Shown here piece by piece: positions 11,662-27,473 of a stretch of DNA of 64,000 nt. The position numbers and the translations under genes were made by a program. Source of the DNA: Laetmonice hystrix (taxonomy: Eukaryota); NCBI GenBank assembly GCA_965235115.1, contig OZ249436.1, forward strand, positions 27,034,001 to 27,098,000, in the 5' to 3' direction. Within the stretch, counting starts at the first letter, position 1. Every line of letters begins with the position of its first letter. Under the pieces are notes generated by a model that saw nothing but the letters and a program-made list of their open reading frames with translations, did not search any database and was not told the origin of the DNA.

Positions 11662-13367
11662 TTCCCAACCCCTATAATATGGCTAACTGGCCGTGTGACG
11701 TTAACCCTAACCACTCAGCCAACACCTTCCCCCCTCTTTCCAATCCCAATGATATGGTTGACTGGCCCTCAGATGTTACCCCTAACCACTCAGCCAACAC
11801 CCTTCATGTTCCCAATCCCCATGATATGGCTGACTGGCCCTCACTCATTACCCCGAACCACTCAGCCAACACCCTCCCTCTACCCAATCCCCATGATATG
11901 GCTGACTGGCCCTTAGACATTACCCCGAACCACTCAACCAACACCCTCCCTCTTCCCAATCCCCATGATATGGCTGACTGGCCCTCAGACATTACCCCGA
12001 ACCACTCAGCCAACAGCCTCCCCCTTCCCAATCCCCATGATATGGCTGACTGGCCCTTAAGACATTACCCCGAACCACCCAGCCAACACCCTCCCTCTTC
12101 CCAATCCCCATGATATGGCTGACTGGCCCTCAGACATTACCCCGAACCACTCAGCCAACACGCTCCTTCTTCCCAATCCCCATGATATGGCTGAATGTCC
12201 CTCACACATTACCCCGAACCACTCAGCCAACCCCCTCCCTCTTCCCAATCCCCACGATATGGCTGACTGGCCCTTAGACATTACCCGGACCACTCAGCCA
12301 ACACCCTCCCTCTTGCCAATCCCCATGATATGGCTGACTGGCCCTTAACATTACCCCGAACCACTCAGCCAACACCTTCCCCCCTTTTTCCAATCCCAAT
12401 GATATGGTTGACAGGCCCTGAGATGTTACCCCTAACCACTCAGCCAACATCCTCCCTCTTCCCAATCCCCATGATATGGCTGACTGGCCCTCAGACATTA
12501 CCCCGAACCACTCAGCCAACACCCTCCCCTTCCCAATCCCATGATATGGCTGACTGGCCCTTAGACATTATCCCAAACCACCCAGCCAACACCCTCCCTC
12601 TTCCCAATCCCCATGATATGGCTGACTGGCCCTCACTCATTACCCCGAACCACTCAGCCAACACTCTCCCCCTTCCCAATCCCATGATATGGCTGACTGG
12701 CCCTCAGACATTACCCCGAACGACTGAGCCAACACGCTCCCTCTTCCCAATCCCCATGATATGGCTGAATGTCCCTCACACATTACCCCGAACCACTCAG
12801 CCAACCCCCTCCCTCTTCCCAATCCCCACGATATGGCTGACTGGCCCTTAGACATTACCCGGACCACTCAGCCAACACCCTCCCTCTTGCCAATCCCCAT
12901 GATATGGCTGACTGGCCCTTAGACATTACCCCGAACCACTCAGCCAACACCCTCCCTCTTCCCAATCCCCATGATATGGCTGACTGGCCCTTAGACATTA
13001 CCCCGAACCACTCAGCCAACACCCTCCCTCTTCCCAATCCCCAAGATATGGCTGACTGGCCCTCAGACATTACTCCGAACCACCCACCCAACACCCTCCC
13101 TCTTTCCAATCCCCATGATATGGCTGACTGACCCCCAGACATTACCCCGAACCACTCAGCCAACACCCTCCCCCTTCCCAATCCCCATGATATGGCTGAC
13201 TGGCCCTTAGACATTATCCCAAACCACCCAGCCAACACCCTCCCTCTTCCCAATCCCCATGATATGGCTGACTGTCCCTCAGACATTACCCCGAACCACT
13301 CAGCCAACACCCTCCCTCTTCCCAATCCCCATGATATGGCTGACTGGACCACAGACATTACCCCGAA

Positions 13368-13829
13368 TAGCCGGGTCCCCAGCTCTATATTAACTTCGTA
13401 TATAGAGCCTGGCGTAGGCCAATCGAAGCGAGCATTGTGATTGGCCCATCGAAAACATGGACGCAAACGAGGTATAGTTCCGTACCCTCCGTATTTCTCC
13501 AACAAGACACAAATATTTTCATCAATCCCTTTAAAATACAAGTGTTAAATGTCCTCGCTTTTCTGGATGTAAACATAGCGTCAGCAGTCCCACCACCTGC
13601 TACGGTCTGCATACGCAGGGGCATGTTGCTATTGTTGGCCACTCCCGGCCACGCTCCAAGCAGAAGTCAATCACTCTGTTAACGCTGACCAACGGACCGG
13701 AGGCGGAAGTGATTAGCTCCGAGGCGGAAGTGCTTGGAGATCACCACTTCCGTTTTACAGCTTTCTGTTAGCCATCACCGGGCCTAACATCAAGCGGATG
13801 CGTATGGTAAGGCGGCGGGGACCAGGCTA
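13368..13829. mobile_element. Island B copy 2
   Basis: Same 462-bp sequence, TIRs and TACCCCGAA TSD as copy 1. Confidence 0.9.
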
Positions 13830-15939
13830 TACCCCGAACAACTCAACCAACACCCTCCCTCTTCCCAATCCCCATGATATGGCTGACTGGCCCTTAGACA
13901 TTACCCCGAACCACTCAGCCAACACCCTCCCCCTTCCCAATCCCCATGATATGGCTGACTGGCCCTTAGACATTATCCCAAAGCACCCAGCCAACACCAT
14001 CCCCCTTCCCAATCCCCATGATATGGCTGACTGGTCCTCAGACATTACCCCGAACCACAGAGCCAACACCCTCCCTCGACCTAATCCCCATGATATGGCT
14101 GACTGGCCCTTAGACATTACCCCGAACCACTCAGCCAACACCTTCCCTCTTCCCAATCCCCATGATATGGCTGACTGGCCCTCAGACATTACCCCGAACC
14201 ACTCAGCCAACAGCCTCCCCCTTCCCAATCCCCATGATATGGCTGACTGGCCCTTAGACATTACCCCGAACCACCCAGCCAACACCCTCCCTCTTCCCAA
14301 TCCCCATGATATGGCTGACTGGCCCTCAGACATTACCCCGAACCACTCAGCCAACACGCTCCTTCTTCCCAATCCCCATGATATGGCTGAATGTCCCTCA
14401 CACATTACCCCGAACCACTCAGCCAACCCCCTCCCTCTTCCCAATCCCCACGATATGGCTGACTGGCCCTTAGACATTACCCGGACCACTCAGCCAACAC
14501 CCTCCCTCTTGCCAATCCCCATGATATGGCTGACTGGCCCTTAGACATTACCCCGAACCACTCAGCCAACACCTTCCCCCCTTTTTCCAATCCCAATGAT
14601 ATGGTTGACAGGCCCTGAGATGTTACCCCTAACCACTCAGCCAACATCCTCCCTCTTCCCAATCCCCATGATATGGCTGACTGGCCCTCAGACATTACCC
14701 CGAACCACTCAGCCAACACCCTCCCCTTCCCAATTCCATGATATGGCTGACTGGCCCTTAGACATTATCCCAAACCACCCAGCCAACACCCTCCCTCTTC
14801 CCAATCCCCATGATATGGCTGACTGGCCCTCACTCATTACCCCGAACCACTCAGCCAACACTCTCCCCCTTCCCAATCCCATGATATGGCTGACTGGCCC
14901 TCAGACATTACCCCGAACGACTGAGCCAACACGCTCCCTCTTCCCAATCCCCATGATATGGCTGAATGTCCCTCACACATTACCCCGAACCACTCAGCCA
15001 ACCCCCTCCCTCTTCCAAATCCCCACGATATGGCTGACTGGCCCTTAGACATTACCCGGACCACTCAGCCAACACCCTCCCTCTTGCCAATCCCCATGAT
15101 ATGGTTGACTGGCCCTCAGATGTTACCCCTAACCACTCAGCCAACACCCTTCATGTTCCCAATCCCCATGATATGGCTGACTGACCCTCACTCATTACCC
15201 CGAACCACTCAGCCAACCCCCTCCCTCTTCCCAATCCCCACGATATGGCTGAGTGGCCCTTAGGCATTACCCGGACCACTCAGCCAACACCCTCCCTCTT
15301 GCCAATCCCCATGATATGGCTGACTGGCCCTCAGACATTACCCCGAACGACTGAGCCAACACGCTCCCTCTTCCCAATCCCCATGATACGGCTGAATGTC
15401 CCTCACACATTACCCCGAACCACTCAGCCAACCCCCTCCCTCTTCCCAATCCCCACGATATGGCTGACTGGCCCTTAGGCATTACCCCGAACCACTCAGC
15501 CAACACCCTCCCTCTTCCCAATCCCCATGATATGGCTGACTGGCCCTTGGACATTACCCCGAACCACTCAGCCAACACCTTCCCCCCTCTTTCCAATCCC
15601 AATGATATGGTTGACTGGCCCTCAGATGTTACCCCTAACCACTCAGCCAACACCCTTCATGTTCCCAATCCCCATGATATGGCTGACTGGCCCTCACTCA
15701 TTACCCCGAACCACTCAGCCAACACCCTCCCTCTACCCAATCCCCATGATATGGCTGACTGGCCCTTAGCCATTACCCCGAACCACTCAGCCAACACCCT
15801 CCCTCTTCCCTATCCCCATGATATGGCTGACTGACCCTCAGACATTACCCCGAACCACTCAGCCAACACCTTCCCCTCTTCCTAATCCCCATGATACGGC
15901 TGTCTGGCCCTAAGACATTCCCTCAAACCACTCAACCAA

Positions 15940-16560
15940 ATTCATCATTGTTGATTTTTACTATAGTCATTCAGTTACAACAAGACAAGAATTATATGTG
16001 TGCAGGGGTGGCGTCGTGACACAGTGCAGATATTTCATCTGAAGGGTCAACTCCCACAAACTTTTTTTCATTGTTTTCTTTTGTGATTTTTTGGGTATTT
16101 TTCCCCTTTTCTTCTATACTACCACCTCCAACCACCCAGAGTGACGCTCCAGTACAGCGAAATCAAATTAACCTTGATATAAACACCCAGCAGACATATC
16201 TCAGTACTGCGACATCCATTACGCACAAACTTTTGTTTCATTTTTTTCTCTTTTGATTTTTTGGGGCTATTTTTCGTTTTTCTTCTATACTACCACCTCC
16301 AACCAATCCTATATCCCCCTTCCAAATCCCTGACATGACTGATTGGTCTTCAGACATTCCCTCCAAACACTTAGCCGACATCTCATCCCCTTCCCAATCC
16401 ACATGCTGTGGCTGTCTGGCCCTCAGACATTACCTCTAACCACACAACCAACACCTTCCCCACACTCACTACCACAGGGTGATGAAACGAATGGGGCCTA
16501 TTGTGACCCGGGCCCCAAGGGGAATGACAATGATCATAAATGATGATCAGATGACTCGAT
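15940..16560. repeat. Island A copy 4
   Basis: Near-identical to 630-1250, offset 15310. Confidence 0.92.
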
Positions 16561-18337
16561 TTCCCAACCCCTATAATATGGCTAACTGGCCGTGTGACGT
16601 TAACCCTAACCACTCAGCCAACACCTTCCCCCCTCTTTCCAATCCCAATGATATGGTTGACTGGCCCTCAGATGTTACCCCTAACCACTCAGCCAACACC
16701 CTTCATGTTCCCAATCCCCATGATATGGCTGACTGGCCCTCACTCATTACCCCGAACCACTCAGCCAACACCCTCCCTCTACCCAATCCCCATGATATGG
16801 CTGACTGGCCCTTAGACATTACCCCGAACCACTCAACCAACACCCTCCCTCTTCCCAATCCCCATGATATGGCTGACTGGCCCTCAGACATTACCCCGAA
16901 CCACTCAGCCAACAGCCTCCCCCTTCCCAATCCCCATGATATGGCTGACTGGCCCTTAAGACATTACCCCGAACCACCCAGCCAACACCCTCCCTCTTCC
17001 CAATCCCCATGATATGGCTGACTGGCCCTCAGACATTACCCCGAACCACTCAGCCAACACGCTCCTTCTTCCCAATCCCCATGATATGGCTGAATGTCCC
17101 TCACACATTACCCCGAACCACTCAGCCAACCCCCTCCCTCTTCCCAATCCCCACGATATGGCTGACTGGCCCTTAGACATTACCCGGACCACTCAGCCAA
17201 CACCCTCCCTCTTGCCAATCCCCATGATATGGCTGACTGGCCCTTAACATTACCCCGAACCACTCAGCCAACACCTTCCCCCCTTTTTCCAATCCCAATG
17301 ATATGGTTGACAGGCCCTGAGATGTTACCCCTAACCACTCAGCCAACATCCTCCCTCTTCCCAATCCCCATGATATGGCTGACTGGCCCTCAGACATTAC
17401 CCCGAACCACTCAGCCAACACCCTCCCCTTCCCAATCCCATGATATGGCTGACTGGCCCTTAGACATTATCCCAAACCACCCAGCCAACACCCTCCCTCT
17501 TCCCAATCCCCATGATATGGCTGACTGGCCCTCACTCATTACCCCGAACCACTCAGCCAACACTCTCCCCCTTCCCAATCCCATGATATGGCTGACTGGC
17601 CCTCAGACATTACCCCGAACGACTGAGCCAACACGCTCCCTCTTCCCAATCCCATGATATGGCTGACTGGCCCTCAGACATTACCCCGAACGACTGAGCC
17701 AACACGCTCCCTCTTCCCAATCCCCATGATATGGCTGAATGTCCCTCACACATTACCCCGAACCACTCAGCCAACCCCCTCCCTCTTCCCAATCCCCACG
17801 ATATGGCTGACTGGCCCTTAGACATTACCCGGACCACTCAGCCAACACCCTCCCTCTTGCCAATCCCCATGATATGGCTGACTGGCCCTTAGACATTACC
17901 CCGAACCACTCAGCCAACACCCTCCCTCTTCCCAATCCCCATGATATGGCTGACTGGCCCTTAGACATTACCCCGAACCACTCAGCCAACACCCTCCCTC
18001 TTCCCAATCCCCAAGATATGGCTGACTGGCCCTCAGACATTACTCCGAACCACCCACCCAACACCCTCCCTCTTTCCAATCCCCATGATATGGCTGACTG
18101 ACCCCCAGACATTACCCCGAACCACTCAGCCAACACCCTCCCCCTTCCCAATCCCCATGATATGGCTGACTGGCCCTTAGACATTATCCCAAACCACCCA
18201 GCCAACACCCTCCCTCTTCCCAATCCCCATGATATGGCTGACTGTCCCTCAGACATTACCCCGAACCACTCAGCCAACACCCTCCCTCTTCCCAATCCCC
18301 ATGATATGGCTGACTGGACCACAGACATTACCCCGAA

Positions 18338-18799
18338 TAGCCGGGTCCCCAGCTCTATATTAACTTCGTATATAGAGCCTGGCGTAGGCCAATCGAAGCG
18401 AGCATTGTGATTGGCCCATCGAAAACATGGACGCAAACGAGGTATAGTTCCGTACCCTCCGTATTTCTCCAACAAGACACAAATATTTTCATCAATCCCT
18501 TTAAAATACAAGTGTTAAATGTCCTCGCTTTTCTGGATGTAAACATAGCGTCAGCAGTCCCACCACCTGCTACGGTCTGCATACGCAGGGGCATGTTGCT
18601 ATTGTTGGCCACTCCCGGCCACGCTCCAAGCAGAAGTCAATCACTCTGTTAACGCTGACCAACGGACCGGAGGCGGAAGTGATTAGCTCCGAGGCGGAAG
18701 TGCTTGGAGATCACCACTTCCGTTTTACAGCTTTCTGTTAGCCATCACCGGGCCTAACATCAAGCGGATGCGTATGGTAAGGCGGCGGGGACCAGGCTA
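18338..18799. mobile_element. Island B copy 3
   Basis: Same 462-bp sequence, TIRs and TSD as copy 1. Confidence 0.9.
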
Positions 18800-18965
18800 T
18801 ACCCCGAACAACTCAACCAACACCCTCCCTCTTCCCAATCCCCATGATATGGCTGACTGGCCCTTAGACATTACCCCGAACCACTCAGCCAACACCTTCC
18901 CCTCTTCCTAATCCCCATGATACGGCTGTCTGGCCCTAAGACATTCCCTCAAACCACTCAACCAA

Positions 18966-19586
18966 ATTCATCATTGTTGATTTTTACTATAGTCATTCAG
19001 TTACAACAAGACAAGAATTATATGTGTGCAGGGGTGGCGTCGTGACACAGTGCAGATATTTCATCTGAAGGGTCAACTCCCACAAACTTTTTTTCACTGT
19101 TTTCTTTTGTGATTTTTTGGGTATTTTTCCCCTTTTCTTCTATACTACCACCTCCAACCACCCAGAGTGACGCTCCAGTACAGCGAAATCAAATTAACCT
19201 TGATATAAACACCCAGCAGACATATCTCAGTACTGCGACATCCATTACCCACAAACTTTTGTTTCATTTTTTTCTCTTTTGATTTTTTGGGGCTATTTTT
19301 CGTTTTTCTTCTATACTACCACCTCCAACCAATCCTATATCCCCCTTCCCAATCCCTGACATGACTGATTGGTCTTCAGACATTCCCTCCAAACACTTAG
19401 CCGACATCTCATCCCCTTCCCAATCCACATGCTGTGGCTGTCTGGCCCTCAGACATTACCTCTAACCACACAACCAACACCTTCCCCACACTCACTCCCA
19501 CAGGGTGATGAAACGAATGGGGCCTATTGTGACCCGGGCCCCAAGGGGAATGACAATGATCATAAATGATGATAAGATGACTCGAT
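18966..19586. repeat. Island A copy 5 (follows island B copy 3)
   Basis: Near-identical to 630-1250, offset 18336. Confidence 0.92.
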
Positions 19587-22500
19587 TTCCCAACCCCTAT
19601 AATATGGCTAACTGGCCGTGTGACGTTAACCCTAACCACTCAGCCAACACCTTCCCCCCTCTTTCCAATCCCAATGATATGGTTGACTGGCCCTCAGATG
19701 TTACCCCTAACCACTCAGCCAACACCCTTCATGTTCCCAATCCCCATGATATGGCTGACTGGCCCTCACTCATTACCCCGAACCACTCAGCCAACACCCT
19801 CCCTCTACCCAATCCCCATGATATGGCTGACTGGCCCTTAGACATTACCCCGAACCACTCAACCAACACCCTCCCTCTTCCCAATCCCCATGATATGGCT
19901 GACTGGCCCTCAGACATTACCCCGAACCACTCAGCCAACACCCTCCCTCTTCCCAATCCCCATGATATGGCTGACTGGCCCTCAGACATTACCCCGCACC
20001 ACCCAGCCAACACCCTCCCTCTTTCCAATCCCCAGGATATGGCTGACTGACCCTCAGACATTACCCCGAACCACTCAGCCAACACCCTCCCCCTTCCCAA
20101 TCCCCATGATATGGCTGACTGGCCCTTAGACATTATCCCAAAGCACCCAGCCAACACCATCCCCCTTCCCAATCCCCATGATATGGCTGACTGGTCCTCA
20201 GACATTACCCCGAACCACAGAGCCAACACCCTCCCTCGACCTAATCCCCATGATATGGCTGACTGGCCCTCAGACATTACCCCGAACCACTCACAGCCAA
20301 CACCCTCCCTCTTCCCAATCCCCATGACATGGCTGACTGGCCCTCAGACATTACCCCGAACCACTCACCCAACACCCTCCCTCTTCCCAATCCCCATGAT
20401 ATGGCTGACTCGCCCTTAGACATTACCCCGAACCACTCAGCCAACACCTTCATCCCTTCACAGTCTCCATGATATGGCCGACTGGCCCTTAGACATTACC
20501 CCGAACCACTCAGCCAACACCCTCCCTCTTGCCAATCCCCATGATATGGCTGACTGGCCCTTAGACATTACCCCGAACCACTCAGCCAACACCCTCCCAC
20601 TTCCCAATCCCCATGATATGGCTGACTGGCCCTTAGACATTACCCCGAAACACTCAGCCAACACCTTCATCTCTTCACAATCTCCATGATATGGCCGACT
20701 GGCCCTTAGACATTACCCCGAACCACTCAGCCAACACCCTCCCTCTTGCCAATCCCCATGATATGGCTGACCGGCCCTTAGACATTACCCCGAACCACTC
20801 AGCCAACACCCTCCCTCTTGCCAATCCCCATGATATGGCTGACTGGCCCTTAGACATTACCCCGAACCACTCAGCCAACACCTTCCCTCTTCCCAATCCC
20901 CATGATATGGCTGACTGGCCCTCAGACATTACCCCGAACCACTCAGCCAACAGCCTCCCCCTTCCCAATCCCCATGATATGGCTGACTGGCCCTTAGACA
21001 TTACCCCGAACCACCCAGCCAACACTCCCCCCTCTTTCCAATCCCAATGATATGGTTGACTGGCCCTCAGATGTTACCCCTAACCACTCAGCCAACACCC
21101 TTCATGTTCCCAATCCCCATGATATGGCTGACTGGCCTTCACTCATTACCCCGAACCACTCAGCCAACACCCTCCCTCTACCCAATCCCCATGATATGGC
21201 TGACTGGCCCTTAGACATTACCCCGAACCACTCAACCAACACCCTCCCTCTTCCCAATCCCCATGATATGGCTGACTGGCCCTCAGACATTACCCCGAAC
21301 CACTCAGCCAACAGCCTCCCCCTTCCCAATCCCCATGATATGGCTGACTGGCCCTTAAGACATTACCCCGAACCACCCAGCCAACACCCTCCCTCTTCCC
21401 AATCCCCATGATATGGCTGACTGGCCCTCAGACATTACCCCGAACCACTCAGCCAACACGCTCCTTCTTCCCAATCCCCATGATATGGCTGAATGTCCCT
21501 CACACATTACCCCGAACCACTCAGCCAACCCCCTCCCTCTTCCCAATCCCCACGATATGGCTGACTGGCCCTTAGACATTACCCGGACCACTCAGCCAAC
21601 ACCCTCCCTCTTGCCAATCCCCATGATATGGCTGACTGGCCCTTAACATTACCCCGAACCACTCAGCCAACACCTTCCCCCCTTTTTCCAATCCCAATGA
21701 TATGGTTGACAGGCCCTGAGATGTTACCCCTAACCACTCAGCCAACATCCTCCCTCTTCCCAATCCCCATGATATGGCTGACTGGCCCTCAGACATTACC
21801 CCGAACCACTCAGCCAACACCCTCCCCTTCCCAATCCCATGATATGGCTGACTGGCCCTTAGACATTATCCCAAACCACCCAGCCAACACCCTCCCTCTT
21901 CCCAATCCCCATGATATGGCTGACTGGCCCTCACTCATTACCCCGAACCACTCAGCCAACACTCTCCCCCTTCCCAATCCCATGATATGGCTGACTGGCC
22001 CTCAGACATTACCCCGAACGACTGAGCCAACACGCTCCCTCTTCCCAATCCCCATGATATGGCTGAATGTCCCTCACACATTACCCCGAACCACTCAGCC
22101 AACCCCCTCCCTCTTCCCAATCCCCACGATATGGCTGACTGGCCCTTAGACATTACCCGGACCACTCAGCCAACACCCTCCCTCTTGCCAATCCCCATGA
22201 TATGGTTGACTGGCCCTCAGATGTTACCCCTAACCACTCAGCCAACACCCTTCATGTTCCCAATCCCCATGATATGGCTGACTGACCCTCACTCATTACC
22301 CCGAACCACTCAGCCAACCCCCTCCCTCTTCCCAATCCCCACGATATGGCTGACTGGCCCTTAGGCATTACCCGGACCACTCAGCCAACACCCTCCCTCT
22401 TGCCAATCCCCATGATATGGCTGACTGGCCCTCAGACATTACCCCGAACGAATGAGCCAACACGCTCCCTCTTCCCAATCCCCATGATATGGCTGAATGT

Positions 22501-25500
22501 CCCTCACACATTACCCCGAACCACTCAGCCAACCCCCTCCCTCTTCCCAATCCCCACGATATGGCTGACTGGCCCTTAGGCATTACCCCAAACCACTCAA
22601 CCAACACCCTCCCTCTTCCCAATCCCCATGATATGGCTGACTGGCCCTTAGACATTACCCCGAACCACTCAGCCAACACCTTCCCCCCTCTTTCCAATCC
22701 CAATGATATGGTTGACTGGCCCTCAGATGTTACCCCTAACCACTCAGCCAACACCCTTCATGTTCCCAATCCCCATGATATGGCTGACTGGCCCTCACTC
22801 ATTACCCCGAACCACTCAGCCAACACCCTCCCTCTACCCAATCCCCATGATATGGCTGACTGGCCCTTAGCCATTACCCCGAACCACTCAGCCAACACCC
22901 CCCCTCTTCCCAATCCCCATGATATGGCTGACTGGCCCTCAGACATTACCCCGAACCACTCAGCCAACACCCTCCCTCTTCACAATCCCCATGATATGGC
23001 TGACTGGCCCTCAGACATTACCCCGAACCACCCAGCCAACACCCTCCCTCTTTCCAATCCCCATGATATGGCTGACTGACCCTCAGACATTACCCCGAAC
23101 CACTCAGCCAACACCCTCCCCTTCCCAATCCCATGATATGGCTGACTGGCCCTTAGACATTATCCCAAACCACCCAGCCAACACCCTCCCTCTTCCCAAT
23201 CCCCATGATATGGCTGACTGTCCCTCAGACATTACCCCGAACCACTCAGCCAACACCCTCCCACTTCCCAATCCCCATGATATGGCTGACTGACCCTCAG
23301 ACATTACCCCGAACCACTCAGCCAACACCCTCCCCTTCCCAATCCCATGATATGGCTGACTGGCCCTTAGACATTATCCCAAACCACCCAGCCAACACCC
23401 TCCCTCTTCCCAATCCCCATGATATGGCTGACTGTCCCTCAGACATTACCCCGAACCACTCAGCCAACACCCTTCCACTTCCCAATCCCCATGATATGGC
23501 TGACTGGCCCTTAGACATTACCCGGACCACTCAGCCAACACCCTCCATCTTGCCAATCCCCATGATATGGCTGACTGGCCCTTAGACATTATCCCAAAGC
23601 ACCCAGCCAACACCCTCCCCCCTTCCCAATCCCCATGATATGGCTGACTGGTCCTCAGACATTACCCCGAACCACAGAGCCAACACCCTCCCTCGACCCA
23701 ATCCCCATGATATGGCTGACTGGCCCTCAGACATTACCCCGAACCACTCACAGCCAACACCCTCCCTCTTCCCAATCCCCATGACATGGCTGACTGGCCC
23801 TCAGACATTACCCCGAACCACTCAGCCAACACCCTCCCTCTTCCCAATCCCCATGATATGGCTGACTGGCCCTTAGACATTACCCCGAACCACTCAGCCA
23901 ACACCTTCCCCCCTCTTTCCAATCCCAATGATATGGTTGACTGGCCCTCAGATGTTACCCCTAACCACTCAGCCAACACCCTTCATGTTCCCAATCCCCA
24001 TGATATGGCTGACTGGCCCTCACTCATTACCCCGAACCACTCAGCCAACACCCTCCCTCTACCCAATCCCCATGATATGGCTGACTGGCCCTTAGCCATT
24101 ACCCCGAACCACTCAGCCAACACCCCCCCTCTTCCCAATCCCCATGATATGGCTGACTGGCCCTCAGACATTACCCCGAACCACTCAGCCAACACCCTCC
24201 CTCTTCCCAATCCCCATGATATGGCTGACTGGCCCTCAGACATTACCCCGAACCACCCAGCCAACACCCTCCCTCTTTCCAATCCCCATGATATGGCTGA
24301 CTGACCCTCAGACATTACCCCGAACCACTCAGCCAACACCCTCCCCTTCCCAATCCCATGATATGGCTGACTGGCCCTTAGACATTATCCCAAACCACCC
24401 AGCCAACACCCTCCCTCTTCCCAATCCCCATGATATGGCTGACTGTCCCTCAGACATTACCCCGAACCACTCAGCCAACACCCTCCCACTTCCCAATCCC
24501 CATGATATGGCTGACTGACCCTCAGACATTACCCCGAACCACTCAGCCAACACCCTCCCCTTCCCAATCCCATGATATGGCTGACTGGCCCTTAGACATT
24601 ATCCCAAACCACCCAGCCAACACCCTCCCTCTTCCCAATCCCCATGATATGGCTGACTGTCCCTCAGACATTACCCCGAACCACTCAGCCAACACCCTTC
24701 CACTTCCCAATCCCCATGATATGGCTGACTGGCCCTTAGACATTACCCGGACCACTCAGCCAACACCCTCCATCTTGCCAATCCCCATGATATGGCTGAC
24801 TGGCCCTTAGACATTATCCCAAAGCACCCAGCCAACACCCTCCCCCCTTCCCAATCCCCATGATATGGCTGACTGGTCCTCAGACATTACCCCGAACCAC
24901 AGAGCCAACACCCTCCCTCGACCCAATCCCCATGATATGGCTGACTGGCCCTCAGACATTACCCCGAACCACTCACAGCCAACACCCTCCCTCTTCCCAA
25001 TCCCCATGACATGGCTGACTGGCCCTCAGACATTACCCCGAACCACTCAGCCAACACCCTCCCTCTTCCCAATCCCCATGATATGGCTGACTGGCCCTTA
25101 GACATTACCCCGAACCACTCAGCCAACACCCTCCCACTTTCCAATCCCCATGATATGGCTGACTGGCCCTTAGACATTACCCCGAAACACTCAGCCAACA
25201 CCTTCATCCCTTCACAGTCTCCATGATATGGCCGACTGGCCCTTAGACATTACCCCGAACCACTCAGCCAACACCCTCCCTCTTGCCAATCCCCACGATA
25301 TGGCTGACTGGCCCTTAGACATTACCCCGAACCACTCAGCCAACACCATCCCACTTCCCAATCCCCATGATATGGCTGACTGGCCCTTAGACATTACCCC
25401 GAAACACTCAGCCAACACCTTCATCCCTTCACAGTCTCCATGATATGGCCGACTGGCCCTTAGACATTACCCCGAACCACTTAGCCAACACCCTCCCTCT

Positions 25501-26845
25501 TGCCAATCCCCATGATATGGCTGACTGGCCCTTAGACATTACCCCGAACCACTCAGCCAACACCTTCATCCCTTCACAATCTCCATGATATGGCCGACTG
25601 GCCCTTAGACATTACCCCGAACCACTCAGCCAACACCCTCCCTCTTCCCAATCCCCATGATATGGCTGACTGGCCCTCAGACATTACCCCGAACGACTGA
25701 GCCAACACGCTCCCTCTTCCCAATCCCCATGATATGGCTGAATGTCCCTCACACATTACCCGGACCACTCAGCCAACACCCTCCCTCTTGCCAATCCCCA
25801 TGATATGGCTGACTGGCCCTCAGACATTACCCCGAACGACTGAGCCAACACGCTCCCTCTTCCCAATCCCCATGATATGGCTGAATGTCCCTCACACATT
25901 ACCCCGAACCACTCAGCCAACCCCCTCCCTCTTCCCAATCCCCACGATATGGCTGACTGGCCCTTAGGCATTACCCGGACCACTCAGCCAACACGCTCCC
26001 TCTTCCCAATCCCCATGATATGGCTGAATGTCCCTCACACATTACCCCGAACCACTCAGCCAACCCCCTCCCTCGTCCCAATCCCCACGATATGGCTGAC
26101 TGGCCCTTAGGCATTACCCGGACCACTCAGCCAACACCCTCCCTCTTGCCAATCCCCATGATATGGCTGACTGGCCCTTAGACATTACCCCGAACCACTC
26201 AGCCAACACCTTCCCCCCTCTTTCCAATCCCAATGATATGGTTGACTGGCCCGCAGATGTTACCCCTAACCACTCAGCCAACACCCTTCATGTTCCCAAT
26301 CCCCATGATATGGCTGACTGGCCCTCACTCACTACCCCGAACCACTCAGCCAACACCCGCCCTCTACCCAATCCCCATGATATGGCTGACTGGCCCTTAG
26401 ACATTACCCCGAACCACTCAGCCAACACCCTCCCTCTTCCCAATCCCCATGATATGGCTGACTGGCCCTTAGACATTACCCCGAACCACTCAGCCAACAC
26501 CCTCCCTCTTCCCAATCCCCAAGATATGGCTGACTGGCCCTCAGACATTACTCCGAACCACCCACCCAACACCCTCCCTCTTTCCAATCCCCATGATATG
26601 GCTGACTGACCCCCAGACATTACCCCGAACCACTCAGCCAACACCCTCCCCCTTCCCAACCCCCATGATATGGCTGACTGGCCCTTAGACATTATCCCAA
26701 ACCACCCAGCCAACACCCTCCCTCTTCCCAATCCCCATGATATGGCTGACTGTCCCTCAGACATTACCCCGAACCACTCAGCCAACACCCTCCCTCTTCC
26801 CAATCCCCATGATATGGCTGACTGGACCACAGACATTACCCCGAA

Positions 26846-27307
26846 TAGCCGGGTCCCCAGCTCTATATTAACTTCGTATATAGAGCCTGGCGTAGGCCAA
26901 TCGAAGCGAGCATTGTGATTGGCCCATCGAAAACATGGACGCAAACGAGGTATAGTTCCGTACCCTCCGTATTTCTCCAACAAGACACAAATATTTTCAT
27001 CAATCCCTTTAAAATACAAGTGTTAAATGTCCTCGCTTTTCTGGATGTAAACATAGCGTCAGCAGTCCCACCACCTGCTACGGTCTGCATACGCAGGGGC
27101 ATGTTGCTATTGTTGGCCACTCCCGGCCACGCTCCAAGCAGAAGTCAATCACTCTGTTAACGCTGACCAACGGACCGGAGGCGGAAGTGATTAGCTCTGA
27201 GGCGGAAGTGCTTGGAGATCACCACTTCCGTTTTACAGCTTTCTGTTAGCCATCACCGGGCCTAACATCAAGCGGATGCGTATGGTAAGGCGGCGGGGAC
27301 CAGGCTA
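26846..27307. mobile_element. Island B copy 4
   Basis: Same element, with one visible CpG>TpG change at 27198 (AGCTCTGAGG vs AGCTCCGAGG). Confidence 0.9.
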
Positions 27308-27473
27308 TACCCCGAACAACTCAACCAACACCCTCCCTCTTCCCAATCCCCATGATATGGCTGACTGGCCCTTAGACATTACCCCGAACCACTCAGCCAA
27401 CACCTTCCCCTCTTCCTAATCCCCATGATACGGCTGTCTGGCCCTAAGACATTCCCTCAAACCACTCAACCAA

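Larger units (their letters stand above)
8940..18890. repeat. Tandem duplication of a ~4.9-kb block (about 8.9-13.9 kb and 13.9-18.9 kb)
   Basis: Matching variant strings and ORF-track entries at offsets 4899/4970 (9578 vs 14477; 13385 vs 18355). Ends are approximate. Confidence 0.8.
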
